Of a stretch of DNA of 64,000 nt, positions 59,239 through 64,000 are shown piece after piece (within the stretch, counting starts at the first letter, position 1; every line of letters begins with the position of its first letter). The position numbers and the translations under genes were made by a program. This DNA is from an uncultured bacterium (lineage in GTDB: Bacteria; Bacillota; Clostridia; Christensenellales; QALW01): contig CAJMLN010000003.1 of the NCBI GenBank assembly GCA_905214315.1, positions 4,137 to 68,136 on the forward strand, written 5' to 3'. The notes under the pieces are model-generated. The model did not search any database. It was not told the DNA's origin and saw only the letters and a list, made by a program, of their open reading frames with translations.

Positions 59239-59742
59239 ATGGCAAGGGATAAAAAAAATAAGGTGCTTGATTTTTTTGGGTTTGGATCCAATGATGAATA
59301 TGATGAGGATGAAGAATATTTTGAAGATGATGAATATGAAGCGCCTGTAAGGGGAAGAAAAAGAGAAGAAGAAGAGGAATACGAGGAAGAAAAACCCCGT
59401 AGAAGTAGAAAAACAAAAATTGTTCCCGTACAAGACCGGCACGGGGCGAAATCAAGCGTCATTATTTATTCGCCTAAAACGTATAATGATGCGCAGCCGC
59501 TGGTTATGCAGCTGATTCAGCATAAGCATGTAATCATTAAGCTGGATAAGGTGGAAAAGCGCATCGGTCAGCGTATTCTGGATTTTATGAGCGGTGCGGC
59601 TTATGCCAGTGACGCGCAGGTAACCGAAGTTTCCAAGGGAAGCATTTATCTTTTTGCATCCAACCAAACGTATATTGATAAAGCGGACGACGTGTCATCT
59701 GAGTCTGGGGACGATGGATATACTCTTGATGACGAATTTTAA
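59239..59742 (+). CDS. sepF: cell division protein SepF
   Basis: Conserved C-terminal core (..IYSPKTYNDAQPLVMQLIQHKHVIIKLDKVE...QRILDFMSGAAYA). The N-terminal linker is an extreme acidic/basic low-complexity tract. Confidence 0.88.
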   Translation: MARDKKNKVLDFFGFGSNDEYDEDEEYFEDDEYEAPVRGRKREEEEEYEEEKPRRSRKTKIVPVQDRHGAKSSVIIYSPKTYNDAQPLVMQLIQHKHVIIKLDKVEKRIGQRILDFMSGAAYASDAQVTEVSKGSIYLFASNQTYIDKADDVSSESGDDGYTLDDEF

Positions 59743-59772
59743 TATTTTTATACCGCGGAAGAGAAGGTAAAA

Positions 59773-60168
59773 ATGAGCAGTAAGCAAGCAGCATCTTTCA
59801 GTATGGAACGAAAGGGCTATAATCGTTTTGAAGTAGATAACTGCATAAAAGCGCAGCAGGAGGAAATTACTGCGCTTACCGCTCAGGTTGCGGCCTTGAA
59901 GGAGGAGCTTCAGCTGCTTGGCCAGGCGAATTCTGTGTTAAAGAGCAGAGAAGCCGTGATTGAAGATACGATTATAAACGCTGAGCTTACCGCCAGGCGA
60001 ATCGTGGAGGAAGCCGAAAAGAAGGCGGCGGAAATTGGCATGCGCAAAGAGTATGAGGAGAATCGAAAGCTTGCTGAAATAGAGGAAAAGAAAAAGGATT
60101 TGGAAAATATCCAAAAACGGGTGAAATATATCCTGAAATCGCAGTTGGCTATGCTGGAAAGAGAATAA
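59773..60168 (+). CDS. DivIVA-domain protein
   Basis: F..ERKGYNRFEVDN.I N-terminal DivIVA motif followed by a coiled coil. Confidence 0.8.
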   Translation: MSSKQAASFSMERKGYNRFEVDNCIKAQQEEITALTAQVAALKEELQLLGQANSVLKSREAVIEDTIINAELTARRIVEEAEKKAAEIGMRKEYEENRKLAEIEEKKKDLENIQKRVKYILKSQLAMLERE

Positions 60169-60198
60169 GATTGATTTTTAACGGCAATACTATTTTCG

Positions 60199-60477
60199 GT
60201 GATATTTTTGAAAAAGGCCAAAATTGTAACAGCAAAAACATCACGCATTATTGCATGGGCGGTATTGCGTGATTATTTGTATTACCTTTCGGATACAAAA
60301 AGAATTATAAAAAATAATTTTCTTGCAGGGTTAGCCAAAGGCGTGGGCTCGGCCATCGGCTTTTCGGTTTTAAGCGCGGTGATTATTTATTGCGTTACGC
60401 AGCTTGCTTCGAGAAATCTGCCTATTATAGGGGATATCCTGCAGGAAATTGTAAATATGATAAGGTATAGGAAATGA
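60199..60477 (+). CDS. small membrane protein (DUF5665-like)
   Basis: ..NFLAGLAKGVGSAIGFSVLSAVIIY.. The start codon is uncertain (GTG 60199 or TTG 60208). Confidence 0.55.
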   Translation: MIFLKKAKIVTAKTSRIIAWAVLRDYLYYLSDTKRIIKNNFLAGLAKGVGSAIGFSVLSAVIIYCVTQLASRNLPIIGDILQEIVNMIRYRK

Positions 60478-60478
60478 T

Positions 60479-61015
60479 ATGGGCGTAATTTTTATGATAG
60501 CGGCTGCTGCTCTGCTGATAGACCAGCTTACCAAAATGCTGGTGGTAGGTTTTTTTCTGGATCCAATGCAGCCGCTGGTAGAGGGCTTTTTACATACGGA
60601 GGGACAGACACATCCTGTTATCGACAAAGTGTTTTCATTTACTTATGTGCTCAATGACGGTGCGGCGTTTGGCATTTTGCAGAACCAGCGGCTGTTCTTT
60701 TTGATTATGACGTTTTTGGCCTGCGCGGCCGGGATCATACTGCTGCTGCGGATGTCCCGGAAGCATTGGCTGCTGAAGGTTTCTTCCGGTTTGATTTTAG
60801 GCGGTGCGCTGGGAAATTTGGTAGACAGGGTTATTGTCGGCAGCGTACGGGATTTTTTGGATGCGACTTTTATTGAAACGCTCACCGGGTACAGCTTCCC
60901 TGTATTTAACGGAGCGGACGTGTTTGTTGTGGTTGGCGTTCTTATGCTCGCGGTGTATATTTTGTTTGTACACGATAAGGTGTATGAGCCAAAGAAAAAA
61001 GATGAGCAGGATTGA
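60479..61015 (+). CDS. lspA: lipoprotein signal peptidase II
   Basis: NDGAAFG and GGALGNLVDR..G.V.DF motifs. Confidence 0.93.
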   Translation: MGVIFMIAAAALLIDQLTKMLVVGFFLDPMQPLVEGFLHTEGQTHPVIDKVFSFTYVLNDGAAFGILQNQRLFFLIMTFLACAAGIILLLRMSRKHWLLKVSSGLILGGALGNLVDRVIVGSVRDFLDATFIETLTGYSFPVFNGADVFVVVGVLMLAVYILFVHDKVYEPKKKDEQD

Positions 61016-61907
61016 ATTTGCTGCCGAAGCAGACGCCCCGCGGGCGGATTCGTTTATTCCGCGGTATGTAAAAGAATTTTCGCGAAGCGAATGCGTCAGG
61101 CTGATTGAAGAGGGAAAGGTTCGCATTAACGGACAGGTGATTTCCAAAAAACAGCCTGTCTGCAAGGGGGACAGCATTGAAATTATCATAGATCCCCCCA
61201 AAGAAACTGCTCTGGAAGCGCAGGATATTCCGCTGGAGTTTCTGTATCAGGATCATGATATTGCGGTGATCAATAAACCGCAGGGGATGGTAGTGCATCC
61301 GGCGCATGGCAACGATACCGGTACGCTGGTGCATGCGGTGATGTTTCATATTCACGATCTTTCCGGCATTAACGGCGAGCTGCGGCCGGGAATTGTGCAT
61401 CGGCTGGATAAAAATACGTCGGGAATCATTGTGATTGCAAAAAACGACAGGGCGCATCTTGCTTTGGCGGAGCAGTTTAAAAGCCGCAGCTGTGAAAAAA
61501 TCTATCTTGCCCTTGCTGAAGGAATTTTTAAAGAGCAGGAATTTACTGTTGAGAATTTTATAGCTCGAAGCTCCGGCGATCGGAAAAAAATGGCGGTTTC
61601 CGATAAGGGAAAGTTCGCCAGTACCGGTTTTAAAGTGCTGGAGCAGTATCGCGATGCCGCGCTGATGGAGTGCCGCCTGCATACCGGGCGTACGCACCAG
61701 ATCCGCGTGCATCTTGCCAGCCTCGGACATCCCTGCCTGGGCGATGCAGAATACGGCTTTAAAAAGAACCGCTATTCGCTTGCCGGCCAAGCGCTGCACG
61801 CGTATCGGTTGACGATCGATCATCCCACTACGGGAGAACGGCTGACGTTTACCGCGCCGCCGCCGGAATATTTTCAGGCACTGATAAAAAAATTACAAAA
61901 GAGTTGA
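61002..61907 (+). CDS. rluD: RluA-family 23S rRNA pseudouridine synthase (RluD-like)
   Basis: S4 domain (..RLIEEGKVRINGQ), catalytic HRLDKNTSG, and TGRTHQIRVH. Start ATG 61002 (or 60984); the track ORF is over-extended into lspA. Confidence 0.9.
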   Translation: MSRIEFAAEADAPRADSFIPRYVKEFSRSECVRLIEEGKVRINGQVISKKQPVCKGDSIEIIIDPPKETALEAQDIPLEFLYQDHDIAVINKPQGMVVHPAHGNDTGTLVHAVMFHIHDLSGINGELRPGIVHRLDKNTSGIIVIAKNDRAHLALAEQFKSRSCEKIYLALAEGIFKEQEFTVENFIARSSGDRKKMAVSDKGKFASTGFKVLEQYRDAALMECRLHTGRTHQIRVHLASLGHPCLGDAEYGFKKNRYSLAGQALHAYRLTIDHPTTGERLTFTAPPPEYFQALIKKLQKS

Positions 61908-61933
61908 CATTTTTTTGCTTTCGGTTATATAAT
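61904..61933 (+). promoter_or_regulatory. thrS promoter
   Basis: TTGACA (overlaps the rluD stop codon), 18-nt spacer, TATAAT. Confidence 0.65.
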
Positions 61934-61939
61934 AAAAAT

Positions 61940-62157
61940 GCTGAGATGACTCAGGACATGTCGCAGATCTGTTTTGCGCTTCAGAGAGGCTGCCGCTTGG
62001 CTGAAAGGCAGCTGCCCAAAAGTTTTGCGGTACCACCGGAGGATCAGAGCGCGTGGCTTGCGTTAGAGGCCGGAAAATGAGTAGTAATTTGGGTGGAACC
62101 ACGGGTAAATAGCTCGTCCCTTTAAGCCGCAGGGCTTTATAGGGGCGATTTTTTTAT
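61940..62157 (+). ncRNA. T-box riboswitch leader, threonine-specific
   Basis: Stem I AGAGA / distal-loop elements (TCAGAGAGGC..TGGCTGAAAG). Candidate specifier ACC (62032-62034) followed by a second ACC. T-box sequence AATTTGGGTGGAACCACGGG (62087-62106). A terminator follows. Lies upstream of thrS. Confidence 0.85.
62111..62157 (+). terminator. T-box attenuator terminator
   Basis: TCGTCCCTTTA..TATAGGGGCGA hairpin (two mismatches) followed by T7. Confidence 0.7.
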
Positions 62158-62171
62158 AGGAGGAATTTTTT

Positions 62172-64000
62172 ATGAAGATTACTTTGCCGGATCAATCTAT
62201 CAAAGAATACGCAGGGGCGGTCACCCCGGCGCAAGTGGCCGCGGATATCAGCGAGGGGCTGGCGCGGGAAGCCGTTGCCGCCACAGCGGACGGAAAGCTT
62301 ATTGCTTTGGAGCATACTCTTACGGAAGATACCGCGCTTTCCATTATAACAAAGCGCGATCCGCTTTATATAAGCGTGCTTCGCCATACGGCCAGCCATG
62401 TGCTGGCGCAGGCTGTACTGCGGTTGTATCCCAACACCAAACTGGCAATCGGCCCGGCGATTGAAAACGGTTTTTATTATGATTTCGATTTTGAAGAGCC
62501 TGTCAGCAGTGCGGACATTGAAAAAATCGAAAAAGAAATGACGAAAATTGCATCGGAGAAATTAGAGCTGAAGCGTTTTTTGCTTAGCCGCGGCGAGGCT
62601 TTGGAGGAAATGAAGGAGCAGCCCTATAAGCAGGAGCTGATAAGAGAGCTGCCGGAGGGAGAGGAAATTTCTTTTTATCGCCAGGGAGAGTTTACGGATT
62701 TGTGCGCCGGTCCGCATCTTAAGACGACTGCGGAGGTCAAGCACTTTAAGATTCTTTCCTTAACCGGCGCCTATTGGCGCGGCAGCGAAAAGAACAAGAT
62801 GCTTACCAGAATTTATGCCACGGCGTTTGCTAAAAAGCAGGAGCTGGAGGAATATCTTACCCAGCTTGAGGAAGCTAAAAAGCGGGATCATAATAAGCTG
62901 GGCAGGGAACTGGAGCTGTTTACTACCAGTGATGTCATCGGTCAGGGACTGCCGATTCTGCTGCCGAAGGGAGCCAGGGTTATCCAGCTGCTGCAGCGTT
63001 TTGTAGAGGACGAGGAGCAGAAGCGAGGCTGGCAGCTTACAAAAACACCTTTGATGGCTAAAAGCGATCTGTATAAGATCAGCGGTCACTGGGATCATTA
63101 TAAAGAGGGTATGTTTGTGATGGGGGATGAAGAGAAAGACGACGAGGTTTTTGCCCTCCGTCCGATGACCTGCCCGTTCCAGTATCAGGCTTACTTGAAT
63201 CGGCCGCGCTCTTACAGGGACCTTCCCCTGCGGTACAGCGAAACGTCTACGCTTTTCAGGAATGAAGCCTCCGGCGAGATGCACGGCCTGATTCGGGTGC
63301 GGCAGTTTACGATCTCCGAAGGACATCTGATGTGTACGCCGGAACAGCTGGAAGAGGAATTTAAAAACTGCTTGGAGCTTACCACGTTTATGCTGAAGAC
63401 CGTAGGCCTTTATGAGGATGTTTCCTATCGCTTCTCCCAGTGGGACCCCAGTGACAGGGAAAAGTATATCGGTACGCCGGAGCAATGGGACGAAGCGCAG
63501 GGCGTTATGCAGAAAATTCTGGACCATTTGGGACTTACCTATAAAATTGGAATCGGCGAAGCGGCATTCTACGGACCTAAACTGGATATTCAGATCAAAA
63601 ATGTGCACGGCAAGGAAGATACGCTGATTACCATACAAATCGATCAGATGCTTGCGGAAAATTTCGGGATGGAATATACCGATCGGGACGGGGAGAAAAA
63701 ACATCCGTATATTATTCACCGTACTTCCATTGGCTGTTATGAGCGGACGCTGGCGCTGCTGATAGAAAAATATGCCGGTGCATTCCCCACCTGGCTGGCG
63801 CCGGTACAGGTGAAGGTAATGAATATTACGGATCGGACCGACGAGACCTGCAGGGCGATTCTGCAAAAGCTTTCTGATGCGTCGCTTCGTGCCGAATATG
63901 ATGCGCGTAATGAAAAGATCGGCTACAAAATCCGCGAGGCACAGCTGGAAAAGGTACCGTATATGCTGATAATAGGTGATCGGGAAGCGGCCGAGGGAAA
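62172..64000 (+). CDS. thrS: threonine--tRNA ligase, 3'-partial (runs off window end)
   Basis: ATG after RBS AGGAGG, then an open frame to the end of the window, which is why it is absent from the ORF track. N-terminal TGS domain (MKITLPDQSIKEY..), editing-domain HTASHVLAQA, and class II motif FRNEASGEMHGLIRVRQFT. Confidence 0.93.
   Translation, partial: MKITLPDQSIKEYAGAVTPAQVAADISEGLAREAVAATADGKLIALEHTLTEDTALSIITKRDPLYISVLRHTASHVLAQAVLRLYPNTKLAIGPAIENGFYYDFDFEEPVSSADIEKIEKEMTKIASEKLELKRFLLSRGEALEEMKEQPYKQELIRELPEGEEISFYRQGEFTDLCAGPHLKTTAEVKHFKILSLTGAYWRGSEKNKMLTRIYATAFAKKQELEEYLTQLEEAKKRDHNKLGRELELFTTSDVIGQGLPILLPKGARVIQLLQRFVEDEEQKRGWQLTKTPLMAKSDLYKISGHWDHYKEGMFVMGDEEKDDEVFALRPMTCPFQYQAYLNRPRSYRDLPLRYSETSTLFRNEASGEMHGLIRVRQFTISEGHLMCTPEQLEEEFKNCLELTTFMLKTVGLYEDVSYRFSQWDPSDREKYIGTPEQWDEAQGVMQKILDHLGLTYKIGIGEAAFYGPKLDIQIKNVHGKEDTLITIQIDQMLAENFGMEYTDRDGEKKHPYIIHRTSIGCYERTLALLIEKYAGAFPTWLAPVQVKVMNITDRTDETCRAILQKLSDASLRAEYDARNEKIGYKIREAQLEKVPYMLIIGDREAAEG

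Noticed and set aside
60942-61823. 293-aa minus-strand ORF
   Set aside because: Antisense shadow of rluD with no recognisable motifs.
62760-63866. 368-aa minus-strand ORF
   Set aside because: Antisense shadow of thrS. thrS is absent from the ORF track only because it has no stop codon within the window. The plus frame carries unmistakable ThrRS motifs.

Overview
About 50% GC chromosomal segment from a spore-former in class Clostridia (Firmicutes). This assignment is inferred from Bacillus/Clostridium-type gene order and a spoVM-like small ORF. No database search was possible; every call rests on motifs and alignments read by eye. Layout: (1) 1-3.1 kb is a decayed mosaic. It holds a low-GC partial cysteine desulfurase, a large serine recombinase missing its catalytic N-terminus, and a frameshifted, 5'-truncated ABC ATPase remnant. 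(2) 3.1-10.3 kb is an amino-sugar/glycan cluster: nagA-nagB, AraC regulator, GNAT, an 844-aa unclassified glycoside-hydrolase-like protein and an M19-type dipeptidase. (3) 10.4-14.4 kb is a tRNA island with 10 tRNA genes on both strands, each unit with a near-consensus promoter and an intrinsic terminator. The island also holds a repeat of roughly 75-120 nt, present in 4 copies, each downstream of a tRNA unit (three directly after its terminator), a tail-anchored protein with a HEPN-like RNxxxH motif, and an AEC permease gene that appears dependent on read-through of a tRNA terminator. (4) 14.4-24.9 kb holds accessory and transport genes: ktrBA, XRE, a NitT/TauT-type ABC pair without a binding protein, a PocR-AraC regulator with a DMT + Gfo/Idh/MocA module, a lipoprotein, and SDR + TetR. 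(5) 24.9-64 kb is a long, almost entirely plus-strand housekeeping block: pcrA-ligA, yicC-remA-gmk-rpoZ-priA-def-fmt-rsmB-rlmN-stp-prkC-rsgA-rpe, spoVM, asp23-amaP-nusB-(tsaD-like)-folD-xseAB-ispA, two half-size TSUP genes, ppx, an aconitase-family gene, mreBCD-pbp2, yggS-sepF-divIVA-lspA-rluD, and a Thr T-box leader followed by thrS, which runs off the window end. No rRNA, CRISPR array or intact mobile element was seen. The most unusual material is in the tRNA island (repeat family plus the membrane-anchored HEPN-like protein). Next come several small ORFs missing from the ORF track, the split TSUP pair, and a G4 motif in the pcrA leader.
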